Part shown: positions 1 through 12,799 of the stretch, in pieces
Position numbering within the stretch: position 1 is the stretch's first letter
Layout: every line of letters begins with the position of its first letter
Made by a program: the position numbers and the translations under genes
Notes under the pieces: model-generated
Seen by the model: only the letters and a program-made list of their open reading frames with translations
The model's database searches: none
What the model was told of the DNA's origin: nothing
Source of the DNA: Lingula anatina
Taxonomy: Eukaryota; Animalia; Brachiopoda
NCBI GenBank assembly: GCA_051362555.1
Contig: CM120647.1
Coordinates: 3,658,001 to 3,722,000 of the forward strand
Reading direction: 5' to 3'
DNA: 64,000 nucleotides

Positions 1-120
1 CCCACCAATTTCCTCCCCATCGCTCCAAATTCCCCTTTCAACCCATTCATTTCAGTAAATTGTCTAAACATTACGCGTACCGGTAATCAGGTTTGTGCAT
101 CTGTGATATCCACCTGTAAC

Positions 121-179
121 TGAGGCTACTCTCTCTCTCACCTGAGTTAACTCTCTCTCTCTTCCTCTCTCTCTCTCTC

Positions 180-215
<36 letters not shown>

Positions 216-482
216 CTGAGCTTCCTCTCTCTCTCTTCCTCTCTCTCTCTCTCTCTCTCACCTGAGCTTCCTCTCTCTCTCTTCCTCTCTCTCTCTCACC
301 TGAGCTTCCTCTCTCTCTCTTCCTCTCTCTCTCTCTCTCACACCTGAGATTCCTCTCTCTCTCTTCCTCTCTCTCTATCTCACCTGAGCTAACTTTCTCT
401 CTCTCTCTCTCTCTCACCTGAGCTTACTCTTTCTCTCTCTCTCTCTCCCTCTCTGACCTGAGCTTACTCTCTCTCTCTCTCC
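121..482. repeat. CT-rich minisatellite with ~40-bp units punctuated by CACCTGAG
   Basis: CACCTGAG at 139, 213, 259, 297, 341, 381 and 415, plus GACCTGAG at 455, separated by (CT)n/CTTCCT tracts. Confidence 0.9.
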
Positions 483-855
483 TTCATTTTCAACAGAAAA
501 CAGCCAGGCTTTATTTCTGCTATATCACAGTTTGCATATATCAGAGCTGACATTTCCCAGGATTGTTTACAAATCATTTCACCTGTATATCGCTCATCTA
601 CTACTCCATTTTCACGATTTGCTGTATTACCCTACGAAAAGAGAAGGCAGTATTTTTACAGGCCTGCCTTTATATCTTGTAAATATACTAGATAAATTTA
701 CACATGGTTCATATCACTCCGAAGGAATCATCATCAGGGCAAATGCATTTAGGAAGTCAGGGGCGAGTTCGAGTGTTGAATGCTTTTCGACATTTCAAGT
801 CGCAGGTGCATGCGCCTTTTCTGTAAAATAACGGTGTGCGCTCGTGAATATGTGT

Positions 856-859
<4 letters not shown>

Positions 860-912
<53 letters not shown>
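860..912. repeat. (GA)n microsatellite
   Basis: Pure GA run. Confidence 0.97.
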
Positions 913-918
<6 letters not shown>

Positions 919-2559
919 ATTCTAAGAAAAGAGGAGAAAATGGAGCGGTGGTTTTCTAGTGTTTTTCGTTGGTAGGAATATATACAATTCGTTGCCAATA
1001 ACTGACAAAGGTCACATAGTAAAAACAAATTCATATGCGCTCCTCGAAACTCGTGCCAAGATGCAATGAAAGCAAAATTGTCTAACCTTAGAAGCCGTAG
1101 GTAACATCTAAGAACGGAAAATCTAATTTGAAAAGGTCTTTGCCAAGAGCAGGTGCACGTTTCTAGACATTTGTGTATATGTGTTACGTATTTTGAAGAA
1201 ATTTGTAGTGCTGCATAAGCTGGAGAATTGCATGGCAGTAATGGCCTTTTTTTCTCGTGAGAAAAAACGAATGTTCTGATTTTGTGCCTGCTTGTCCTTG
1301 GCTGCTTTGGAATGAGATCGTACAGTGATATTCAGAAAATAAATAAAATAATTTAAAAAGATGCATAAAAAAATAAATAAATAATAATAATAAGGATGCA
1401 AAAAATAAAAGAACTTGCAAAATAATCAGTTATGCTACTTTTAGCTACAGTCCTGATATTTTTTTGTGCCGACAATTTGATGACAAAGCTAAACTGAGCC
1501 CAGCGTTTCCTCCCAACCCGTACTCGCTTAGCGCAGTCATTCACGTAGACGGAAAGAACGTTTCAATCAAACTCTGTTCCAAGGCAATTGCCGTGTTATT
1601 TCTTTCACAGTTACGATGATGTAATTAGCAATAGTGGCACTATTTGATAACATTGATGGTTTTAACATCCCAGTAATTCCCCTTCTGATACCGTTCCCAT
1701 AATTCACTCACTTTTCGGATATTTGTCAGAACAGAGGATGCTCGTAATTCAGCCAATTTAATACACGGCGCGCTGGCAATCATGCCCTGTGATTTATCAA
1801 ACGATCTGATTATCTGTGCCAGTTTCTTGGGTGAATGTCCGCTGGATTTTTTTTCTTCGCGCAGCTATTGCATTAACAACAGCGCAGCTATAGGAGGCAG
1901 CTACAGGAAGTTTCTACTTTTCTATTGGTTTTTTACAGTAAACACAGCATGCTAATTTCAAAACTGACTGGTAAACTTTATACTTATATTGGAATTTATA
2001 GTTTATACTTACTTTGCAGTTTAATTGTGAATATCTATAAATCTTCTTCTTTTATCATTTAGTAAACTTCCTTCGGCTATTCTGTCATTCCTATGCATTT
2101 AATCAACTTTCCATGAGTTGCTATTTTTTTAAAATACCAATCTTTTAAGATTATTACTAAAATAATAATGACGTGTCGTTTATAACATGGGTTTGTTCTT
2201 GTAACGTCTCCTTATCTGAAAGGATTCCAAAGTTGCGTACAACGCCGACATAACTGCCAGTGGAACTAAATATAGGCACACTTTGCACATACGTTCGGTA
2301 AGACGGATGTCTTAGTGGATGGTAGTAATATCCTAATATCCGTATGTCCATCACTTTGAAAAAAAAAACAAAAAAAAAACGACGTTTCTTTGGAATGAAA
2401 TGGTTTATCATATTTTTCGATTTTTCTGGCGTTAAGGTGGCCAGATAACTTTGGATATGTTAGTAATAAAATGAATCAATTCTACTTCAAAAATATTTTT
2501 TGCGTTAAACTGGGACTGTTTTTTGCATAGGTTGACCTCCCATATGTCATTGTCTCTGC

Positions 2560-2707
2560 AGTGAGTAATGCAGGAAAGGCAAGGTGTTGGAGTGGAGAGG
2601 CGCCGACATAACTTCAGATAGATAACAACACAACCGCACTAGGCACATATCACAAGAAAGGCGACATTTTAGAAGCTGTAAAAAAATGGCACAATGCTGC
2701 TGATGTT

Positions 2708-2748
<41 letters not shown>

Positions 2749-2941
2749 GATCGGAGGATCCAAAGATTGGCCATTATATCCCTCACCATGCGGGAATCTG
2801 TCGACACCCTGTCGCCTTTTTTTCACGGTGGTCAAGACTTGATGAGGAATAACGAGACATTGATGGACATTTGATGGAATTTTAAAGAGAAACGGATAGT
2901 AAGGAAAGGAGAACGGAATTAAAAGCGTACAATATGAGGAG
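2560..2941 (+). repeat. Local duplication, copy 1 (partner 4146-4533)
   Basis: Shares gtgagt.atgcagg, aacaacacaacc...taggcacatatcacaa..aaaggcgacat, tccaaagattggccat, cttgatgaggaataa..gagacattgatggacattt and aaaggagaacgga with the partner. Confidence 0.88.
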
Positions 2942-3079
2942 GTGGCGAAGGTTTAGCTGTCTTAATCTCAAGACCGACAATTTCAGTTAACGTTAACCCA
3001 ATTTAGATCACAAGTATGCCACTTTGATGAGGATAGTGCTAGTGTTTTAAGGCTAAGATTGAATGAACTATGGGTGACT

Positions 3080-3170
3080 CTACTGTTTGGTGTTAGAATG
3101 CTTGTCTCTGTTGCAGGAGACCTTGGGTTTGTTCCCGCGGTTGGGTCATACATGTACCAGATATATAAAC
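3080..3170 (+). mobile_element. Degenerate tRNA-derived SINE head
   Basis: A-box-like tggtgttagaatg, then gcaggagaccttgggtttgttccc (B-box-like GGTTCGATCCC), followed by gggtcatac...ccaga. This layout is typical of invertebrate tRNA-SINE 5' ends. Confidence 0.45.
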
Positions 3171-3221
3171 ATCTTCGACTATGGAGGTCAAGTTTGTCTG
3201 TCTTCAAGTTAAAATCCTGAA

Positions 3222-3398
3222 TCTCTCTCTCTCTCTCTCACTCTCTGTCTGTGCTTGCATGCACGCTTTTGCTTGTGTGTGTGTGTGTGTGTGTTTGTGT
3301 GTGTATGTATGCGTGTGCGTGTGTGTGTTCGTGTGTGTGTTTTTGTGTATATGTGTGTGTTTGTTTGTGTGCGTGTGTGTGTGTGCGCGCGTGTGTGT
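3222..3398. repeat. Compound (TC)n/(TG)n microsatellite
   Basis: Visible directly. Confidence 0.93.
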
Positions 3399-3730
3399 AG
3401 TCTTGAATTGAGAATTTCTGTACACTGTACAATTTCCCGGGGTCACAGGTCTTCCCTCATCTTGTGCCACCTTATTCTCCCGTCCCTGGCATTCTGTGCA
3501 GAGAAAGAAATTTAACATCCCGCTCTGCCATTTTACTTCTCTCTCGATCGACATGATTATTTTGCCATAATCTGATGTATTGTAACGCCAAACAATGTTA
3601 AAAGTACATCATCGTGCCTTTAAGTCATCAATTTGTCAAGATTATTAGATTCCGATGCTTTTCCCAATCACTTGGCCTTTACTACAATACTCCATCTAAC
3701 GCTATTGTTGTTCTCAAAGTTGAACATCGG

Positions 3731-3930
3731 GCGGCGTCCTTTCTGCGTCTCGTGGTATGGCCCCGTTTAGGAGTTAAAAATACTTTATGTGCCGACAACT
3801 GGCGCCGATCATTTAGCATTTATTTTGCGACCAAATCGATGCTTGTGCCTCCTTTCTGCGACCACAGCAATGCCAGTTTCATGGACGAACAAAGGAGGCA
3901 AAAAGGACGCCGTCCAGTGTAAAGGGGTTT
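3731..3930. mobile_element. 5'-truncated copy of PIF/Harbinger-like MITE family A
   Basis: cggcgtcctttctgcgtc at the left, aaaggacgccgtccagtgtaaagggg at the right, and internal sequence colinear with 11573-11788. Confidence 0.85.
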
Positions 3931-4145
3931 TTAAGCCTATTAAGAATAGCTATCATTAATTTTTATCTGCGAGCAGAGATTCAGATGTTGGCGTGCGTAT
4001 GAAGCCCAATTTAAGACTAATGTGCTCAGAAAAGTTTCAATTGCTGTTGTGCTGACCACAACATAAAACCACATTTGCTTATAGGTTATTTACAGGGAGT
4101 CAACCCCAGGTTATGTTTCACCGGAATTGCCTTCTGTATCTTTGT

Positions 4146-4533
4146 AGTGAGTTATGCAGGGGAGGGGGCGAGTGTTGGGGGGGGGGGGGGGGGGAGGGGC
4201 GACAAAATGAAACTCGGGTAAAGAACAACACAACCATAATAGGCACATATCACAACAAAGGCGACATCATAGTCGCTGTAATCAGTAAAGTAAAAAAAAA
4301 AAAAAAATGGCCCAATGCTGCTTATGTTAAAAAAAATCGATGAATGGGTCCAAAGATTGGCCATAATGTCCCTCGCCAAGTGGAAATCTATCGACACACT
4401 TTCGTCTTTCTGTTATCAAGGTGGTCATTGCTTGATGAGGAATAAGGAGACATTGATGGACATTTAATGGAATTTTAAAGAGTAACTGACTGTAAGAAAA
4501 GGAGAACGGATTAAAAGCATATAATTTGAGGAG
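4146..4533 (+). repeat. Local duplication, copy 2 (partner 2560-2941)
   Basis: Colinear diverged match about 1.6 kb downstream of copy 1. Confidence 0.88.
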
Positions 4534-6004
4534 TATTTTGCCCACTCACTTTTTTTAGATTTGCGGCCTTTGGCAGTATTTGATAGCCAACATTAAGTCA
4601 TTCATCCGCAATATTAACAATCTTTGATTTTGCGGCATTTTCTCTTGTTACACATTTGTAAGAGTGGGACAAATTTCGCTCCTCGAGCAGTCGTAAAAAT
4701 GTCCCTACATGATGTCCTCTGACAACTTTTAGAGTTAGATGAAAAGCTTTGGAGGGGTATGTGATAGAGACAAAGTTGGTTTTGTGGCATAACAATAGCG
4801 ACGTGTGATTCGCCACCAGTCGCAACATTCACCCAATTTTTCGCATGATTTCATTGGCATCTAAGTAATATATCATGTTAAGCTTGGGTACCTATACAAC
4901 TCAAGACATGACGCGGCATTCCTTAAGCTGAATTGATAGCTTAAAGCAGATGATGTATGGCTGGGTGTTTTCAGAAAAGAAGATAAACATGAAAAATGCT
5001 CCAAACAGATTATCCACTCTGTTGTCAGGAAACTAATTTGTGAAGAAGAAGTGGATTTTATTAACGATAACTGACTTCCTGGCAGAGTTGGCTCGGCTGT
5101 GTTAAGGTAGATATACTGACACTCCCCAAGGTAGTAAGTCAACATTGTGATAAGACGACACGGGACGAACAACCGCATTATCTTTTGCATAGCGTAGAAT
5201 ATATTTTTCGAAGCCAACAAGATCAAGTTACAGCGTATTGCCCCAAATGTCGCTGAAAAACAAATAAGCAAAATAAAAAAATAAATAAAAAGAAATAAAA
5301 AGAAGATATAAAAATCAACCGCGCAGTTAGCAATATGTCATTGCTGTTGAGCGGGATCATTCTCGTACATTTGTACGACGGAGAGTAAAATGTCAGAACA
5401 GGTGCATATGCGAGTTTCGCCATGGTTTTCCAGGGATTCATATTTATATTTCTTTACACCCAAAATATATCATCTTCTATCCTAGTTAAGACGTTCTTCC
5501 TTGTGAAATACCATAAATATAATCATTCGACAGCACGGTTGCTTTCAAAATTTGATGTCTCTAGGAGTGACACTTTCCAGTGAGACGTCGAACATTAAAC
5601 TTATAGATCCAGTGGACATTTGAACTAATTTAGTTTTTTTAAACAAAATTTAGTCAGTGTCCATATTTTATAACCAATAAACCTTCGACCCTTGAGCTAT
5701 CAGACCCATTGGGCACATACAATTATGTCCATGACACGCCACTGAAATAGCATGTTATATTCCATATGAAAATACAGTGTATGGAGGTCAAATGTAAACC
5801 GTAGATGGAAGACCGCTCCTTGACTCTAAAAGCCACAGGCAACTTAAGGTTTGCGGTGGAGAAAATAATTACCAAACTGTCTATCGACCTGCGGCTACAT
5901 GTGAATTCTCCTATGTGTGCCGCACGCGCGCACGTGCGGGAAACACGTGCATGTATTCCTGCACATGACAGACTGAAGTCATTTGTTGTCATTCCTGACA
6001 AACG

Positions 6005-6490
6005 TATCATCACACGGCGGTTTGTCAGACTGCTTAAATTTGAAATTCCTAGGGTTATTTCCAACTGATCTCATGCGCAAATATGCAGTAGCATACACTG
6101 TTTTCTAGGTAAATACTCAGGCGACGGCATGTCTGGCTCTCGCTTAACAGACCCAGGTAATGGAACTTATTTTGTCTGTCACGTGGTCGATTAAGTAACA
6201 AATACTTTTTCATACTCATTCTAGGACTTAAAGAAATATCACACGGCGTATTATCGGCGTATTATCACACGCCGGATTGTCAGACTGCTTAAGTTTGAAA
6301 TACGTCGGATTTTCCGACTGATCTCCTGCGCAAATACCCAGTAGCATGTACTGTTTTCTAGGTAAATATCCAGACGGCAGCATGTCTGGCTCTAGCTTAC
6401 CAGACCCAGGTAATGGAACTTATTTTGTCTGTCACGTGGTCGATTACGTAAGAATTTTTTTCATAATTATTCTAGGACTTATAAAAATAT
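6005..6490 (+). repeat. Tandem duplication of a ~235-bp unit (about 6005-6240 and 6262-6490)
   Basis: Both copies carry ttgtcagactgcttaa.tttgaaat, ctgttttctaggtaaata and the identical cagacccaggtaatggaacttattttgtctgtcacgtggtcgatta. Confidence 0.92.
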
Positions 6491-6579
6491 GGACCAAGAA
6501 CGCTGATGGACAGGGGGTATTGCAGAGCGATTCCATTAGGCATCACACTCAATTTTTATTCTTGTCGTTCAGCATAATG

Positions 6580-6728
6580 CCGGTGTAACGTGACAGAGAG
6601 TCCCCCATAACAGAGAGTCCGCTTCCCTTTCATTTGTAAAGGTAAGCCTCGCCCTACATTTTGACCCACTTATGTCAGACTAACCCTAACCATTATAACT
6701 ATATAGAAGGCGGACTTTCTGTTACACG
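6580..6728. mobile_element. TIR element with TAACCCTAAC core, a relative of family B
   Basis: ccggtgtaac...taacagagagtccgc at the left, gcggactttctgttacac at the right, internal taaccctaacc, and a duplicated acagagagtcc. Confidence 0.6.
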
Positions 6729-7561
6729 TACCCTTAGTTTCGTTTCACCTGTAGTGGTTTTATTTCAGCTGATTTTGTTAACTGTGCATGACAAAGATTT
6801 TTGTTGTAAACGTATTTCTAATGTTTAGATATTGTGCATAGGTAAAGTAGCAATGCATTCCACATAGGATTAAAAGAGGGAATTAGAACATTGAGCTCTC
6901 TAACTCCTCAAAGCCAGAATTGGTTGTTTTCTGCCTTTAGCCTATGAGAGACATCGTTATGGTATCCACTTCATTTGGTCGCTTAAATGAAACGCAAATT
7001 TTATGTAAGCCCCTTTTGAAGTGGTCCTGTAGGTCCTTATAGGATTCATTCACGTATGGTTTACATGTAATAGCTTTTAGGATTCATCTGATGTAGATTG
7101 CTTCTTCGATAATAAATAGAATGGGCTCTATATTATTCTACCGTTTTGAACAAATCCGGAGTTGCTTTCCGCAATCACTTCGAGAGATTGTAGAGAATTG
7201 ATACCTTTGTCTAGATGTGGTGATGACTTCCTGTCACAACTTTGTTTGTGAATCTAAAATGATTGAAATGAACATTTCATCGTCTTGGGCAAAATTGGTT
7301 TCTCACTACAAAGTATTACCTATCAGATTTATCAAAGGCATATGAAAGCCTATATAGAAAACGCTATTCCGATTTTCGTTTCTGAACAAAAAAGATGAAC
7401 ATTTCATCACCTTTAACAAAATTGGTTACGTTCTGTTGCCGACTAGATGAAGCTAAAGGCCAAGTTCAACTTGTCTAGTCAGTATCTTCTGGTGTCATCC
7501 AATCACCCTGATGTCTATAGCGCCGGCAAAGGGTCTGGCCATCACACTAGTACTGTCTGTG

Positions 7562-7707
7562 CATGGGCGTCCACAGAAAATTTTCCAGGGGGGTCAAAGT
7601 CATTGAAGGGTGAGATAATGATTGGCTGGGTACCCGCAATAAAATGCAGTTCCAAAATTTCAGGGGGGTCAAGTGACCCCATTGACCCCCCTCTTCGGAC
7701 GCCCATG
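7562..7707. mobile_element. hAT-like MITE
   Basis: 11-bp perfect TIR catgggcgtcc/ggacgcccatg with subterminal caggggggtcaa and ttgacccccc motifs. The flanks tgtctgtg / tgtctgca match at 6 of 8 positions, a possible decayed 8-bp TSD. Confidence 0.8.
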
Positions 7708-9138
7708 TGTCTGCATCCCCTTTTATGTTGGTCACAGATGTGCCTTTCCACCAAAATCTGACGTTCAGGGTACAGATGTACTTTTATTATTGGCACCCGA
7801 AGGGAACTAAACTGATACTTGTATGTCGTGATTAAAAGTTCGTTTTCAGACAAGTAATTTCCATCAGATAAACTGTATATTGCCCCAGGGAACATTGGAG
7901 TTAACATGCTTTGTGTCGAGTTAAATTATATTTCCCAAGCCAAAAAAAACTTGAAATTGACGGGTAGAACTGAAACAAGACTTGATTACAATCGCCCATT
8001 TGTCATTTCCATGAAGACTTGCCAACAGTACAGACCTCTTTGCTCAAAGATAAAGCAAGGGTTCCACACATCTCTGATCACGATTCCGCCGCTGTTTCGG
8101 GGCCAATGCAGGGATAAGTTGACAGATATGCAAGTATTGTCGATTAATGTATTTATAAACATTCCATTCAGTCGTTGTAACCGCGATGCTTTGACATTTT
8201 TTGTGACATCTTTTGTGGTTTATGTCGCTGTCCTCTTGGGCATTGGCACGTGTTCATTTTGTGCATTTCTAGGAGTCGACATGGGGCCTCGCAAGTTCTC
8301 GCGCAGGTTTACATCACATTATCTGGGCGGTCTAGGGCGTAAAGAAACAGAATTAGTATTTGAGATGCCGCCAGTCCTTCGCCGCTGGAAGGTAGTGTTG
8401 GAAAGGTGCGCCGATAAGGGAATTTGGGAGCACCGAGTACATGGCTTATTATTTTGTGGATCTCACGGTGTTGGGTTTGGGAAAAGACAGGGATTGAAAT
8501 GTCATTCCGGGTTGGCATTTTACCTTACCATACTACACCATTATATACGCACGTACCGTTATATGCTCGCTAACTGTCAACGGTATATAAAAATGAACTT
8601 ATATAAGAAAATTAGGCCCACCCTGATAAGTCTATCACTAAAGGAACCGCATTATGCCATTAATAGACACGAATGAAACTTTCTTGGTACAAAGGCTTTA
8701 TTTGTTTCCACTCCAAAACATGTAGCAAAAACCAAGATGGCCGCCAAGTCACGCGATAACTACCATTAAAACCCAATAGGTAATGAGACGAGACAAATGA
8801 TGCCGAGAGCTATGTGATCCAGCTGGCTGCATCGCTACTCTTGCGGAGATAATGATCAAACTATAAAACCTATCCTAACTCTAATATTGCATTGGATATA
8901 TGATTCCGTAATATTTAGTAATAATTATGTTCTTCTGACCTAATCACTCAGTCAAATCTTTCGGTACCTCATTGGTCCAACAGACCTAAAATTACTAAGA
9001 ACAGATGGCACTCACATGAATGAAATATTTAAAGATATTTTAGTGATTGTGTTTATTGTTTTATATGACGATTGACTTGTACAGCCTATCATACACATAT
9101 ACGTATTGGATAAAGTCTCAGAAATCTTTGTAGCTTAA

Positions 9139-9544
9139 AGTGATAATAACTCTTCGTTTCGGCCAAAAAATGAATTTTCCTGAAGTAAACAACAATTTTC
9201 CCATACTTACCAATGGTTAATGAATCCATTTTTACATTCAAAGTTAGTCCCTGGTATTTTTCTAAAAAGTTTGGTTTTTTGTTAAAATCTCTTAAGAGAT
9301 TTTAGCAGAGTATAGACATCAGTGGAGGTCACGTGGTCTAAAGACAAGCTCAGATATCAGAATAATAGCTATAACTGCCGTTTTTGTGGTAAAACAGAAT
9401 ATGTTATATTTCTATGAGTTATTTACAATGTTTTTATTGTGAAATATAGATATCATACTAATATTATTATTATTATAAACATGTGTAAAATATATTTGAA
9501 AATGAAATAGACAAAATAGATGTTTGGAAGATCTACTGACCACT
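9139..9544. mobile_element. Possible decayed Kolobok-like non-autonomous element
   Basis: ttaa|agtgataataactcttc at the left and a degenerate inverted match gaagatctactgaccact at the right; the right TTAA is absent. Confidence 0.35.
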
Positions 9545-9672
9545 AGCATCCTGAACACCCTCACACTGTGCATGCGTTGTATCTAATTTATTTGAACATG
9601 AAAACGGAGATTTTTGTGGGTATGCTGCAATACTTAGATACTGTGAGGTGGTCTTTTGAGGAAGGTAATTTA

Positions 9673-9893
9673 TGCCCCCTTTACACTGGACGGCGTCCTT
9701 TCTGCGTCCTTTGTGCGACCATGAAATTTGGCATCGCTGTGGTCCTAATAAGGAGGCACAAGCATCGATTTTGTATCAGAATGAATGCTCAATGATCGGC
9801 CAGTTGTCGGCATGTAAAGTATTATAATTTTAACTCTCAAATGGGGCCGTACTGCTGGACGCAGAAAGGACGCCGTCCAGTGTAAAGGGGGCT
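9673..9893. mobile_element. PIF/Harbinger (Tourist-like) MITE family A, full length
   Basis: Perfect 36-bp TIR gccccctttacactggacggcgtcctttctgcgtcc (9674-9709 / 9857-9892), flanked by TTA (9670-72) and TTA (9894-96). Confidence 0.93.
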
Positions 9894-11572
9894 TTAGCTT
9901 GCTGCTCTCGCTTCTTTCATTATTTCAGGTGGGAAGGAGGGGATGAGGGGGGGGGGGGAGGAGTCCCGTAGTGTACAGAACACCATGATTTCTGTGATAA
10001 AGGGCATATTTCCCCATATTTCGCTTAAAGCCTGCGTCAGTGCTCTGTTATATATATTTACTCGCAGACTGTACAAAGAAGACGAATGCCTAATCTCTAA
10101 TAAAAGTTGTAAACCAGACAGTAATGTCAGTGTTACTTTTTACCTCTAGAAATGAAGGGGTTGGGTTGGGATGGAGGAGGTGGGTGGGTGGGGGGGGGGG
10201 GGGGGGGGGGCTCAGGATACATTACCCGTCATAACCCGTCCCTTAACGGTGAGAATAATCTACCAGTATTGCTTATAAATTGGCTCAAACATGTTTGTAA
10301 ATAATGATTTAACGCGCGGTCAATAGCTGTAATTGGCAAAATGTTATTTTTCCGGTTTTATTTCCTGGAATAGTGGTGTGAAAAAGCAAGCAGGTTATTG
10401 ACCTGTGGAAGTTACAGTGCGGGTATTATACAGGATCGCTGATACACAGACAAGTGCAAACATTGAGGATCCTGATAATGAAAATTGTGTACAGCATTAT
10501 GTATATCTTGAAAAAAATCCCTACATTAGTTTGAAAATAACCAAGTTGTGAGCTCTTTTACGGCGTATGAAGGTAATTTCACCCTGTGTATTGCTTATTT
10601 AATATATATTTTAAGGCAGCTAAGCCCAAATGATGCGACTGTAACACAGAATATAATACTGTAATATACTTGTAGTTCAGTTGATCTTCCAAAATTCTTC
10701 TCTAAAATCGTGCCTTGAAAATCTTATTTTTAGAAACTGTCACTATTTTTGTAACTTGTGGAAATTACACAGATATCACTAAATAGAGCGTGGTAAGCGC
10801 ATGGCAGCACGACGGTTATCAAATTAATCATTTTTAAATGTTTTCTCTTTAATTGTAATCACCTCCCCGTCCCAGTTGTTTTTTGATGAAGCGATCAACT
10901 AGTAAGGCATGTACTAACGTCAGATAGAAACGCGTGTGTGGTGTGCGGGGAAATAAGCTGAAGTAATTAGTACTGTAAGAAATGACTATGGTATTCAGAA
11001 CTCCTAGGATTATCTCCGAGCTATATAAAATTTACCCATCCAATACGCTTTTTATTTCTTTTATTGGACCCTGCTTTCCGGGACGTGACGGTGGTAACAT
11101 GACGGTGGCTATATTGCGAATTGAGCATATGTGTACTTTTATTTTATAACAGTTAGTAGATTTATATTTATATCTATATATGTCTTCTTCCAGTTATCTC
11201 CACATTATACTTATTAACAAAGCATTTATAGACACGACTTTATTAAACCAGTTTGAAATATCATCCCTAGAATTTGGTGGACGGCACAAGAAAAGTTACG
11301 AGTGTATTTTTTCATCGTTAAGGGTTGCATTCGTTTTGAAGCAGCTTTTCATCAGCTATATATTTCTCCATTTATTTCATTCTCGAACTGAAAAACAGCA
11401 AATGCATCATTTGAGCCGGTAAATCTCACGGATTAGTATCATTAAGATTAGAACGTCCCCCTTTGGCACAGATTAGCTGAAATGAGATAGTTTTCTCTCT
11501 ATTTGGTATCTATTCAAGCTGCTTCTTGAATATCGCTGTAGCCTGACGCGCTGTTTGTTTTATTCCTCCTAA

Positions 11573-11788
11573 AGCCCCCTTTACACTGATCGGCGTCCTT
11601 TCTGCATTTCGTAGTACGGTCCCGTTTGAGAGTAAAAAAATACTTTACGTCCTGACAACTGGCCGATCTTTGAGCATTCATTTTGCAACCAAAGCGATGC
11701 TTGTGCCTCCTTTCTACGACCACAGCGATGTCAGTTTCATGGTCGCACAGAGGACGTAGAAAGGACGCCGTCCAGTGTAAAGGGGGTT
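11573..11788. mobile_element. PIF/Harbinger MITE family A, full length, opposite orientation to 9673
   Basis: Same TIR with a few mismatches; TAA target duplication at 11570-72 and 11789-91. Confidence 0.92.
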
Positions 11789-12799
11789 TAAGCGTCTGGA
11801 AATCTCCCCAAATCACAGCATTCAGTTCCCGTGCCAGGCCCTCCCCACTGCGGCTTAGATGAGGTAAAAATCAGAGATCAATACTTGTCTATTGATCGTG
11901 TTATAAAGCCATATTTACCCTAGTGTGTTTGTTATGCATTGTGAATTGCTGCACCTTAAGCACAGCTTAGACACCGTGCCGCTTGAAAGGTGCCTATTTA
12001 AACCGGTAGTATTCACATCGGCCCAAAATTAGACCTATCTTAAAGGTGATTTAATATGTTCGACTATAATGGACAACAATTGACAACAATTTTCGCTGGA
12101 ACTAATGACCTCATAAATGTCTTTAATTCTACCGCTTGGATGATATGATATAGGCTGCGTTTATACTAGACATAAAGAATATTTTGAACATATTTGTTGA
12201 GCCCTTATTTCGAACTTGTTACAGTTGATCTAGCGCTTGTTATAGCTCTGGGATACAAGATTGCTTTCTAACTGCATTTAAAGCTAAACTGTTGCCACAC
12301 CAAATGTAATTGTCCTGCTTAGATCTAGCGCTGTTCTTACCTTAATAATCTTAATAAGCTTCAACTGTTCAAAACTTAAGATGTTGTTTTGATATAAATA
12401 TTCAGAATTCACGGAGAATTCATTTTTATGCCAACTACTAAGTAACATTTTACACAATTGTTTTAAATTTTGTATTTACCACCATTCTCCTCATCTTAAA
12501 TAATAATATAATTATATATTTATTTCGTGTCTAAAATCCATAAAATGTTCGATAGACTGTACAACATAAAATACAAAGAAGTTTATAGATAAAAATGATT
12601 AAGATATATATTATATAAATCAATTATATTAAATCGCCATAGCTTTGTTTTTCTAACGCAGAGACGTAAGGAATGGTGAGTCGGAATATAGTGATAACAT
12701 TCAGAGCTTTCTCTTTACATTTAAAAACAACAAGGCTTGGTCTTGATTTTGTAGTTAGTTGATTTCATACCTACATATAATATCTTAGGTTTACACAAG

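Noticed and set aside
64-417. 117-aa RE-rich ORF and similar ORFs over microsatellites (3181-3554, 19035-19356, 23450-23858, 25851-26194, 46398-46769, 60293-60682)
   Set aside because: They are translations of simple repeats that happen to lack stops.
7906-8676. 256-aa ORF as a host gene
   Set aside because: No recognisable motif and an unnatural composition; kept only as a low-interest lead.
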